This document shows, one piece after another, positions 13,166 through 22,854 of a stretch of DNA of 64,000 nt. Below the pieces are notes generated by a model. It ran no database searches. It was not told the origin of the DNA and saw only the letters and a list, made by a program, of their open reading frames with translations. The position numbers and the translations under genes were made by a program. Source of the DNA: Paraspadella gotoi (Eukaryota > Animalia > Chaetognatha); NCBI GenBank assembly GCA_051294375.1, contig CM119265.1, positions 17,387,172-17,451,171 on the forward strand, in the 5' to 3' direction. The stretch's first letter is position 1. Every line of letters starts with the position of its first letter.

Positions 13166-13857
13166 ATGGGGAAAATAGCGAAGCAAATTGAAGAATGCTG
13201 GGTAGAAGAAGACAAACTCGATCTTTTGAGACATAACAAACTTCAGATAACCGGAGATGATGTAGTTAAAATTTTTAATACATTTCCAATTGGAAGCAAA
13301 TTTCGTGTCGAAGCCGCTCACTTGGTTGGCCCGAAGTGCGCAGGTTAATTTTGTATTGTTTTAAGTTCTTAAGGTTATAAAGCTTAATTTTTCAAAAATA
13401 TATTTCACAAAAAGGAATAAAGTGCTCGGAGTTAGTGGAAATTCTGAATCAGTTTTTACCCAAAAACTGGGAATGGCAAGTTGAAGCGCTGCAAGAGTTC
13501 GCGAACAACATCGAGGATCCAAATAATCAGGATGAGATTGTTAATGCCATCCAATCGCAAAATGGTACAAGTTTTAACTAGGTTGATGTTACTTTTTACA
13601 AATTCGTTATAGGTATTCTGACTTTAGGTAAAGAGCAAGCTAAGCAAGTGTTGCGAATGGCAACTCGTCAAGCCGCAAAGGTGCCGTTTTATTTATTTTG
13701 AAATTTAAACAATGCCTGAACACAAAATATATTTTACTTTTTATGCCAACAGCCAACGGCGAAACAAGAAAAAACGGAAAGTTCGGATAAAGCTATAAAG
13801 AAAGAAAATTTTGGCAGATTGGGGAGCATAGAGAAAGACGCCTTTTTCGATTTTTAG
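13166..13857 (+). CDS. DUF4476-like helical protein (4 exons; 5' end uncertain)
   Basis: Exons ~13166-13344, 13415-13564, 13628-13680 and 13753-13857 splice in frame. 'EEDKLDLL...VVKIFNTF...LVEILNQF...VEALQEF...IEDPNNQDEIVNAI...KEQAKQVL' resembles DUF4476. Confidence 0.65.
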
Positions 13858-14146
13858 CTATTGACATTGATCAATGTTTAAAGTTCAAAATTAAAAGGGT
13901 AACTTTACTATTCGATGTCCGCAACCAACCTTAGCTACCAATGGTCGTTTATTTGTTAATCCGTTTAATTTTGTTTTCCCTCTAGTGTCGAGTCTCAGTT
14001 TGCGAAGTAATATACACTTTTTTGTGCATAATACAAATTTTATAATTAATAATATGTTTTAAATTTATTTTAATTGCTATTTTTATGTTTGAGGTATAAA
14101 ATGAATTGTTTGTTTATGTACAATGAGTTTTATTAAGAAACATAAA

Positions 14147-14190
14147 TTTCGGACATGTTTCGGCTTTAATGTAAGCCTTCATCAGCGAAA
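14147..14190 (-). ncRNA. Minimal type I hammerhead ribozyme
   Basis: Minus strand reads TTTCG CTGATGA a GGCTT acatta AAGCC GAAA catg TC CGAAA: perfect 5-bp stem I, 5-bp stem II, palindromic ACATGT stem III. Lies in the left arm of a palindrome at ~14134-14317. Confidence 0.85.
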
Positions 14191-14329
14191 AAATGAATTA
14201 ATTTGTCAAACAAATATTTTCACAGACTTTCTCTTCAAACTTCAAAGTTTGTGAAAATATTTGTTTCACAAATTAATACGTTTTTGCGCTTAAAGAACCC
14301 GAAATTTGTTTCTTAAGAGGAAGGTTCAT

Positions 14330-15030
14330 TCACCTTACATCAAGAAATAGTTATCAGTAATCACAAAAAAATCATTTTAATTTAATTTTTAATCAGTAAA
14401 AAACAAAATTGTCAAGTTGAATTGGTAAGCCCCTTTTTTAGACATTTTTTTTTCAATCTGGTTGTTAAAAAATGCTAGGTAAGAAGTTGAAACACGGAAA
14501 AGGGAAATTTAGAAGGGAGAATTAAACAATTAATCTTGTTACTCTGTTGGTTTTCCAGTCGTGAACAAAATCTTCAGTTAAATAGATGGTAAAGAAATTC
14601 GAGCTTCAATGAATTTGAAGAGTTGCAGCCTGAACAACTGCAATAATAATGATTTAAAAAATTGATTAGCAATCTTAAAAACATTTGTGAAAATGTAAGA
14701 GACCTTTTGATATCTGCATTCCAGTTAGGAAGAATTTAGGGTTAAAGTTTAAAAATGTTTCATTTTAAAGGATACAAGTTGAAATTTAAAAATGTCTATT
14801 ACATTTTTCTAATTTAGTAATAAAAAAATTATAAAAAATATCAGATGGATTGGCTTTTTCGTTTGACCTCCAACTCTTCAGATAGGTTTCTTTTATTTTC
14901 TATTATAATTAAAATCGATATAAAATGGCGAAGAGTGCATCAAATTTTAAAAATGAGTACATTTTCGGAATCGCTAAGAGCTCAGCTTTTTGAATATTTT
15001 CAAGTTGATTTGAATGACCCTTTGTCTTAA
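14330..15030. mobile_element. Non-autonomous repeat; inverted copy at ~61060-61800
   Basis: Long near-identical reverse-complement match, e.g. ttactctgttggttttccagtc...aaaatcttcagttaaatagatggtaaagaaattcgagct. Confidence 0.75.
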
Positions 15031-15129
15031 TAAAACTTGTTGTACGTCAACAAAAAATTCATTTATCACCTCAAACAAATAACGCAACGAAATAAAAAAA
15101 AAAAATTTAGATGTTATAATTTTTAAACG

Positions 15130-15215
15130 GTTAGGAATTGGGTTAAGGGTGGTTAGGGATTAGGGGTGGTTAGGGAATTGGTGTACTTAGGGATTAGGGG
15201 TAGTTAGGGATTGGG
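15130..15215 (+). repeat. Degenerate TTAGGG-like tract inside a repeat element (also 57310-57370, 59870-59945, 60470-60545)
   Basis: Runs of ggttaggg/ttagggg or ccctaa, flanked by shared cggcgaa..gtaaa / tttac..ttcgccg ends. Confidence 0.7.
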
Positions 15216-15639
15216 CTATATTTCGAAAAAAATTTATAATTAAAAGTTTTTCTACCCTTTACAGTTTTGTTTTTTCGTAATTAAATTTTTATAGGTCGCT
15301 CATAAGAAGCGAAAAACAAATAACCGACCGCAAAATCCCTGTCGGCGAATGTAAAAATAAGCCAAATTAAAATAGCTAATGATAATAAGTAAGGATTATA
15401 ATACTAAGAAAAATAAGAAATTTATTCTGCAATTCTGAAATTGGTCTTTTGAGAAATAGTTTATTAGTTTGTTAAAATTGAAAAATTACTTGTTTTTCTA
15501 TCTATTACCTAGTAGAATCGTATGTTCTGATAGGGCTACATTTTAGGAAAAGTTTTATAGGGGCACCATTATATATTCAAGTATTAGTTAAAAGATTTTT
15601 TAAAAGTGATAATCAATATTTTATGTTTTTCTTTTATAT

Positions 15640-15988
15640 ATATTTATTATATTATATCATCGCAGGAAATGGACCAGTAGATGGATCGGATAGACCAAAT
15701 GGTTTGCCTCTCTTGGCTTTTCCGTCTTTTCTTCTGATGGACCAATCAGAGAGGAGGCTTCCCTCAGGAAACCGACGGCAGGGAAAGAGGAGAGGGAACT
15801 AGATCACTATCAACTTACCTTCAAGAACTTAACATCAAGTTCTATTTATTGTGTTTTACTGTCTGTTTATTCTGCATAATCTCCATCAATTATCGTTATC
15901 TCCTCGTGTGTTTAATGTTAATAAAACTTCTCTAATTTCTCCTAAATAAACCACGCCTTTTTCCTTCAATGATATTTTATTACGAATA
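15640..15988 (+). mobile_element. Putative solo LTR
   Basis: About 350-nt island with a CCAAT box, a purine-rich block, an AATAAA near the 3' end and TATT...AATA termini. No internal ORF and no second copy in the window. Confidence 0.35.
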
Positions 15989-16009
15989 AGGCTATCAGTT
16001 TGGAATCTA

Positions 16010-17404
16010 TTAGACGAGAATCTCGCTTAAAAAAAAATTCAACATTTTTCTATAGAGATTTCCGTTAAAATCTGACTACCCAAATTGCAAACGAGATTGC
16101 CAGAAATTCGGGTAAAAAACAGTTGTTAAAACACACGATTCCGATAGCGTTATATCTTAAGAGCTAGCCAAATTCGTCTTATGGCATTTGATAAAGGATT
16201 TAATATCAAACAAGCCAGGGGAAATGCACTAGTCATCTCCGGAGAATTTTCAAACCTTGTTTTTACTATAGAAATAAAAGGGAAATTTTGCTTTTCAAAA
16301 ATTGTAAACGGGGCTAGGGTATGTTAACATTATAAATATTACTTCAAATTTTGAGATTTAGAAAGCCTCTTGTCTCAAGAGCTTGCCAAATTTTTCTTTT
16401 CATTATTGACAAACTCTTCATAGTAAACCAACGTTGTAAAGTCCATTGGTCTGGTTTGACAACATGAAATTTTTATTTAATAAGAAATTAAAAGGAAGGT
16501 TGAGAGAAAAAACTGATTTTTCCTGATATCTCTTTAAGGAACAAAGATACAGGGATGGCAATAGTACCAAATGAAGCCATAATCATTGGGCACATACAAG
16601 TTACAATATTAAAATTATTTTTGCTGAAACCTCTTTACAGGGTGTGTGTCAAACTAAGTCAAAATTATAATGAATTTTAAAACTAATGAAACCCCATAAA
16701 AATAAATGAAAATTAAATTCTTTTTAGTGATTCTGAAAGAAAAAAGGCTAAATTGTACTATAGTAAACTTTAAAGTTTTTTGGATAAAGAAAATATAATT
16801 TTTTTTTTCACTTAAATATTTGCTTGACTGATATTACAAGCATGCTTACAAAATTCTAACAAATATTATTCACCCCATCATAGCCTAACTATTTATCTTT
16901 CTTTTCCACCAGCAAAAAGTAAACATTATTTTATGTTAGAGAACAGGGATGTTTACTGAAATGAGCTGGAAGACGTTCAACTACTTCACTTTAATGTCAT
17001 TTTTCAATAATAAAATAGGCGAATCTTTTAATTATTTAACTCTCACAGGCTTTACAAGACATTTTACTTTCATAATATCCCAAAGTTAATGTAATTCATT
17101 ATATTTTTTTACCCAGAAATCATAAAATAACAGAAAGTTGTGGATTCCCTTCGCTCATTTAAGAAAAAAAATTAACTAGCGGAATTATAAGTTTGTAAGA
17201 GGAAGTCAGAATCGGCGAAAATCTTAAAAGGCGAGAATGTTGAAAAAAAGGGGTGGAATTTTGATGGGTTTCCTAAGATTTCTCCACAATGTGAGGTCTG
17301 ATTAAAGCGAAACTTGTGATTTACAATATTCCCGTCATTCCACATCTATCGATATAAAATATAAAAAAAAGTCACTGGCTTCTTTTTCTATAGCGGCTTC
17401 CTAA
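16010..17404 (-). mobile_element. ~1.4-kb Helitron-like non-autonomous element, copy 1
   Basis: Near-identical to 51261-52654. The minus-strand 3' end is a small inverted repeat (CGAGA-T-TCTCG) followed by CTAA/CTAG (CTRR). No TIR or TSD seen. Confidence 0.7.
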
Positions 17405-17523
17405 ATCTATACCCTCATGGATTTCGGCCCTTTAATACCAATATCTAGGTATAGCCATACTACCATAGGCGAGACATCATTAAATGCTGTTATGGTGGAC
17501 TAAAATCCACCAACCGTTCATCA

Positions 17524-17795
17524 GCGGCCATTGGTGCAGGAGGCAAGTCATTCGCCTCCCAACCCAAAGGTCCGGGGTTCTAGCCCGGTGGTTGCCTAGC
17601 AGTTAAGAGGGACGGGGCGCTTAACCCGCCTGTAACACGGTGTTACAGCCTGATCCGAAGCTCAGGGACTGCTTAATTTGAGTGCTTATATTGAACGGTT
17701 TTGTCACTAACAGATAACAATAATTACTGTCTCTTCATTGGTGAGCCTGACGTGAAACTAAGCGAATTTTTATGGCTACTTAAACCGCCAATTTA
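17524..17795 (+). mobile_element. tRNA-derived SINE (head 17524-17595)
   Basis: GCGGCCA...TGGTTGC acceptor-like stem, A box TGGTGCAGGAGG, B box GGTTCTAGCCC, broken anticodon stem and an unrelated 3' body. Confidence 0.7.
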
Positions 17796-17959
17796 CGATT
17801 GATAAATAAAATTATTGATCAATCACTCGATCAATCAAATCATAAATCAATTGTATTTTAGAAGGTTGCTTATCTTTTAGTCGGGATCACCAATGTAGAA
17901 AACGAAAATAAAGGGAGGGAAAAAGGTGAAGAATTGTGACGATGTAAGTGCTGTCCAGC

Positions 17960-18262
17960 TTCTCTTTATCTCTCTCTCTCTTTTTTTCTCTTTTTCTTTA
18001 AATTATATGTCGCTTTCTCTCTTTTTTTCTCCGTCGCTGCCTCTTCTGATTCATTTAAAAAAAACTAATTAAGCTCTGCAGCGACTGGACCTTTAATTAT
18101 ATGTCGCTCTCTTTCTCTCTCTCTCTTGCTCTGTCTCTCTTTTGCTCTCTCTCTTTCTCTTTTGCTCTCTTTCTCTTTTGCTCTCTCTCTCTCTCTTTTG
18201 CTCTCTTTCTTTCTCTTTTTTGCTCTCTTTTTCTCTCTTTTTTGCTCTCTCTCTCACACACT
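17960..18262. repeat. CT-rich microsatellite
   Basis: (ct)n and ttttgctctct runs; source of a spurious 62-aa ORF. Confidence 0.9.
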
Positions 18263-18294
18263 CATACACGCATGTTTTATATACGATGAATGAT

Positions 18295-18500
18295 TCATCG
18301 CGTCAATGAATTACTATTATCGCATTAATCTTTTGGTTATGATCGCATTAATCTTTTGGTTATCATTGCATCAATATTTGGTTATCATCGTATCAATATT
18401 TGGTTTTCATCGCATCAATAATTGGTTATCATCGTATCAATAATTGGTTATCATCCCATCAATAATTGGTTATCATCGCATCAATAAATTACTATTACAT
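18295..18500. repeat. ~21-nt minisatellite
   Basis: About 8 tandem copies of attggttatcatcgcatcaat variants. Confidence 0.85.
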
Positions 18501-18795
18501 CAATCAATCAATTACTATTATGTAAATCAATCATTAACTTTTTTTGATAGTAACGTCTCCAAGATCACTATACTTTTAAGATTTTTTTAAATTTTGTTTT
18601 TTTGCTTATCGGTCATCAAGAGTCATCATATTCGGCTAATCTTAAAAAGGCTTTTCGTGTCTTTTTTAACGTTGGGGAAAAGTGTTTGCTACTGTATACA
18701 AAAATTGTCTCAGTTTTGGTTTGTCGAATTGGAAGTTTCTTAAGAAAAATCGTCAGACCCAGCTTTATGTAAGTTCCTTCTCTTAAATTCCCCAG

Positions 18796-19519
18796 ATGTC
18801 CGAGTCGACGACTCCCATGTCCTCCCCTTCTCCGGTAACCACAACTTCGACAGCTGCGAGGTCGACTTCGTCACCTAGCGGCAGCTCGACGCTGGCATCG
18901 ACCGCCGAATCAACTTACCAAGAGTTAGTTAATCATCCTTCGATCCCGTTGCCTGTTGCTGACGACGCCACTGAGGCGGAGGGGGAGGAGACCTACTACC
19001 CCTACTACCCCGAACAGAGACGCCACGGTTCTCGATGGTTAGCGAAGGAGCTGAGGTGCTTGCTCTACGGATTCGGAGACGACGAAAATCCCTATACGGG
19101 TAATGGTCTGAGGTCTTTGAAATTCTATAATTTGTTACTATTAGGTTATAATAATAATAATAATAATAATAATTATATAATATAGATACCAATACCAATA
19201 GCCGATATCAAAATGAAATAGATGAACTGCTTGGGGAAATATAACTTTTAAAAAAATAATTTATTTTCTGCTTGTCCTCACTCACTTGACCTTTTTTTGC
19301 GCAGAAACCGTTGACCTTTTGGAGGATTTATTGATCGAGTTCATCACTGAAACGACTCATCGTTGCATGGATATTGGCCGCACAGGTCGAGTTCAGGTTG
19401 AAGACATCATCTTTCTCGTTCGGAAGGATCCTAAGAAGTACTCTCGAGTGAAGGAACTTCTCACCATGAACGAGGAATTGAAAAAAGCGAGAAAAGCTTT
19501 CGACGAACAAAAATATTGA
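18796..19519 (+). CDS. TAF13: TFIID subunit 13 (intron 19100-19304)
   Basis: KELRCLLYGFGDDENPYT|ETVDLLEDLLIEFITETTHR...GRVQVEDIIFLVRKDPKKYSRVKELLTMNEELKKARKAFDE is the conserved TAF13 histone fold. Confidence 0.97.
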
Positions 19520-19538
19520 CCACGTACTGTAAAACGAA

Positions 19539-21512
19539 ATGGAGACGAGCATTATTGAAGAAACCGATAGCATCAACTGCGGCAAATGCTGTCAGACATT
19601 CGTTTCTTTTGACTCTTTTAAAAATCATAAATTAAGTGGATGCAATTTCGGAAGAAAGTCCTTAGATCTGGAACCAAACTTTTCCTCGAACCCATCTAGT
19701 TCCAATTCTATTATTTCGCAAGAAATCGATAAATTTTCCACGGTGACTTCAGAACGGAGAGGCCCGGATCAACGAACTATGATTATTATAGACAATTTAA
19801 ATTATAACTTCACCGATAATTCAACGGAACAATCACAACTGTATTTTCTTAATCCCGTCGATCACACAACCTTGTCATCGTTTTTCGGCGCAACGGCAAT
19901 GGAAATTTTAGTCGACCCTCAGCAAACAAATTCGTCGACAAGCACAGGCGATCACGTACAACAACAGTCACCCCATCTCTCTTCATTTATGGATACTAAC
20001 GGAATTTTAATGTCTGCCGATTCAGAGCCGCGTTCTAACGTTTCGAAAACCGGCAGCAATTTAGAAGGTGACGTCGAACCAGGCTCTGATTTTTCAGAGC
20101 GAATTCAAAATGAGGAGGAAAAAATCAAGCCGGCTAAAAAGCGTAACAAGGTGATGCGGATTCTTCCGGCCAAGGTCCCTCTAAATCTAGCCTCTAAAAA
20201 ATCGTGGACTAGAGAAGGCTCCACGGTGACTCAGACTCAGACCTATCGTGTTTTTAAATTAAGTTGTGTATATTGCGAAAAGCGATTTTGTAAGAAGTTT
20301 GACTTGGACGCACACCTAAGGATTCACACCGGCGAAAAGCCTTTCCGCTGCAGCGTGTGTCGAAAAGGTTTCGCTCAGAAGAGTAACGTGAAAAAGCACC
20401 TTTCTTCCCACAAGGTCTGGCCGAACGGCCGGTCTTCTCTCCCTCATAATCTCTTTGCTGACACGAGCGGTCAATCTTTGGTAGACGTGATCACTTCCTA
20501 TTTTTGCCAGTATTGCGATGAAAGGTTTTCCAAATGGCCCAAGCTGTCGTCGCATTTAGCGATAAAGCACAAAGACGAACAAGTTTTCAAGTGCAGAGTC
20601 GTTCAGTGCAACGATACTTTCAAAAAACTGGAAGATTTTTTAAACCATCTTAAGGAACACGACCCCGACGAATTGAAGTTTCGCTGCGATAAATGCGATT
20701 TAATGCTGGATTCCTTACATGAAATGAAAATACACCGGCGTCAACATAATATTATCCCATCATCTGAAGAATCTTTGAATACAAAATTTTCTTGCGCAAA
20801 ATGTAAACAAAAGTTTTCGTCGGCAAAGTCATTAAAGGAACATGCAGAATCCTCTTCTCATGTTATTCCTTGCAACGGTTGTTCGGATAAGTTTTTCATC
20901 TCAGAAGTATGTCTGAGGAAGCACCTCCGGGAGCAGCACGCAGTCGTCAAGCATACATGCGATTTTTGCGGGAAGAGCTTTAAGTCAAAATCAATCCTGG
21001 CGTCACATTACAAGACTCATGGACCTTCGGTCTACGAATGCGAGGATCAAAGTTGTAAGAAGACATTTAAAAGAAAAGATCAATTGAGTCGGCATAGATT
21101 AACGCATCAACGACGCAGATTTCATTGCCCACACTCTAGCATCTGCTCTCGAAATTTCGCGCGACGGGATCAACTCGCTTACCACCTTAAGACTCATGGC
21201 AGTTTACGCCCTTGGAAGTGTCGGATTTGCGGAAAGGGATTCCTGAGCAAAAGCCACTTAAACGAACACGAATCGACCCATAAAGGTAGCAGAAAATTCA
21301 AGTGTTCCGCCTGCGATCGAAACTTTTTAAGACGCAGTCAGTTGGAAAATCACCTATGTGTCCCCGACGTCGGATCGGTAAATCTTCGACGTGATCGGAA
21401 AGCTCGAATTAAAGCGCCCGAAGAGACGCAGAGCGGAAGGCTAAAAGCGTCGGTGATTTTGCGGAGCGGGAGAAAAACGAGACCCACGAAGAGGATAAGC
21501 GATTTACTATAG
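19539..21512 (+). CDS. ZNF341: C2H2 zinc-finger protein 341-like, intronless CDS
   Basis: N-terminal CGKC..F.....F..HK.SGC and the diagnostic 'FCKKFDLDAHLRIHTGEKPFRC..C.KGFAQKSNVKKH...HKVWP'; about 12 C2H2 fingers. Confidence 0.85.
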   Translation: METSIIEETDSINCGKCCQTFVSFDSFKNHKLSGCNFGRKSLDLEPNFSSNPSSSNSIISQEIDKFSTVTSERRGPDQRTMIIIDNLNYNFTDNSTEQSQLYFLNPVDHTTLSSFFGATAMEILVDPQQTNSSTSTGDHVQQQSPHLSSFMDTNGILMSADSEPRSNVSKTGSNLEGDVEPGSDFSERIQNEEEKIKPAKKRNKVMRILPAKVPLNLASKKSWTREGSTVTQTQTYRVFKLSCVYCEKRFCKKFDLDAHLRIHTGEKPFRCSVCRKGFAQKSNVKKHLSSHKVWPNGRSSLPHNLFADTSGQSLVDVITSYFCQYCDERFSKWPKLSSHLAIKHKDEQVFKCRVVQCNDTFKKLEDFLNHLKEHDPDELKFRCDKCDLMLDSLHEMKIHRRQHNIIPSSEESLNTKFSCAKCKQKFSSAKSLKEHAESSSHVIPCNGCSDKFFISEVCLRKHLREQHAVVKHTCDFCGKSFKSKSILASHYKTHGPSVYECEDQSCKKTFKRKDQLSRHRLTHQRRRFHCPHSSICSRNFARRDQLAYHLKTHGSLRPWKCRICGKGFLSKSHLNEHESTHKGSRKFKCSACDRNFLRRSQLENHLCVPDVGSVNLRRDRKARIKAPEETQSGRLKASVILRSGRKTRPTKRISDLL

Positions 21513-21674
21513 ATTTTGACGACTTTTTCGAGGGTTAGCTTCGTGATTAAGATAAAATTATTAATTCTTCACTCAACAGTGCTGCGGCAGATAGTTAAAT
21601 CATCGACCTAGCCAGTCTTGATTTGTTGTACGATTTTGTAATTTTTTAGGCGGACTGAGACATTTCTGTCAACA

Positions 21675-22563
21675 ATGCTTTATAATTCTTGCTTCCAAAC
21701 TGCAACTCATCTTCAACCGTTCTTATTCAGAACGTTTTCGCGAATTTTTTATTTGGTAGGATTGATGACTTTTATTGTAAATAAAATATTTCATTTCTTT
21801 TCTCTGACTCTTTATGATTATATTTTATTTTTGTATACCTTTCCAGCCGAGTCGACACTTTGGACTTTCCAGCGTCATGTCAACTAAAGTGGCCCTTGTT
21901 CTTTCCGGTTGTGGCGTCTACGACGGAAGCGAGGTCCACGAGGCCTCAGCTTGCCTCGTTCACCTATCGCGCTGTGGCGCTGAAGTCACGATGTTCGCGC
22001 CCGATGCCCCACAGATGCACGTGATCGATCACACCAAGGGGGAGCCAATGGAGGGCCATCAGCGGAACGCCATGGTGGAGGCAGCTCGAATCGCGCGTGG
22101 GAAGATTTCCCCATTGAAAGAACTTAAGGCGGCCAATTTCGACGCAGTCGTTTTTCCTGGTGGTTTTGGAGCCGCGAAAAATTTATCTGATTTCGCTGTG
22201 AAGGGTCCGGAAATGTCACTCGTTCCCGACACGGAGCGTGTTCTAAAGGAATTTCACGGGGACGGGAAACCTATTGGACTTTGTTGCATCGCGCCAATTT
22301 TGGCGGCGAAGGCGTTGCCTGGAATTGAGCTCACAATGGGCGGTGAGGACGAACAGGGTGGAAAATGGCCCTACGCTGGCGCTACAGGAGCGGCCAAGGC
22401 GCTTGGGGCAGTACATGTTGCGAAGGACTCTGCGGACGCAGCTCACGTCGATAACAAAAATAAGGTGGTAACGGCGCCTGCTTACATGTGCGAAACCGCC
22501 GTACACGAAATATTTGATGGAATCGGTAAAATGATTCAAGCTGTGCTCAAATTAGCCAAATGA
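21675..22563 (+). CDS. GATD3: ES1/GATD3 (DJ-1/PfpI family), mitochondrial; intron 21756-21846
   Basis: [38 protein letters not shown] and [10 protein letters not shown] motifs; exon 1 looks like a transit peptide. Confidence 0.95.
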
Positions 22564-22854
22564 TTTCGCTAATATTTTTTTTGGTATAAAACGATTCTTT
22601 TTCTCCTGGGTTAAAATGTTTACCCCATTTTTCGTGATACGTCATAATTTTTATTATATGATAGTGATACTATAAACAATTTTATTTGACAGGGAGCTAT
22701 TTATTTAATTAAACAGTAATCGAACAACATTAAAAAAATTTAAAACTTTGTTTTAAAGATTTAATGTAATGACTCTAGCAGTTCGTTTAGAGCTGGAAAG
22801 TGAACGATGTCACTAAAAACTTTCTGGTAGTCTTGATGAGATAATCATAAGATC

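Noticed and set aside
17524-17595. tRNA-Gly(CCC)-like gene
   Set aside because: The anticodon and D stems do not pair, there is no poly-T terminator, and it continues into a SINE-like body. Treated as a SINE head.
18295-18500. CRISPR-like regular repeat
   Set aside because: Head-to-tail minisatellite without unique spacers, in a eukaryotic context.
19517-19519. Stop-codon readthrough fusing TAF13 and ZNF341
   Set aside because: The 19-nt spacer puts ZNF341 in a different frame.
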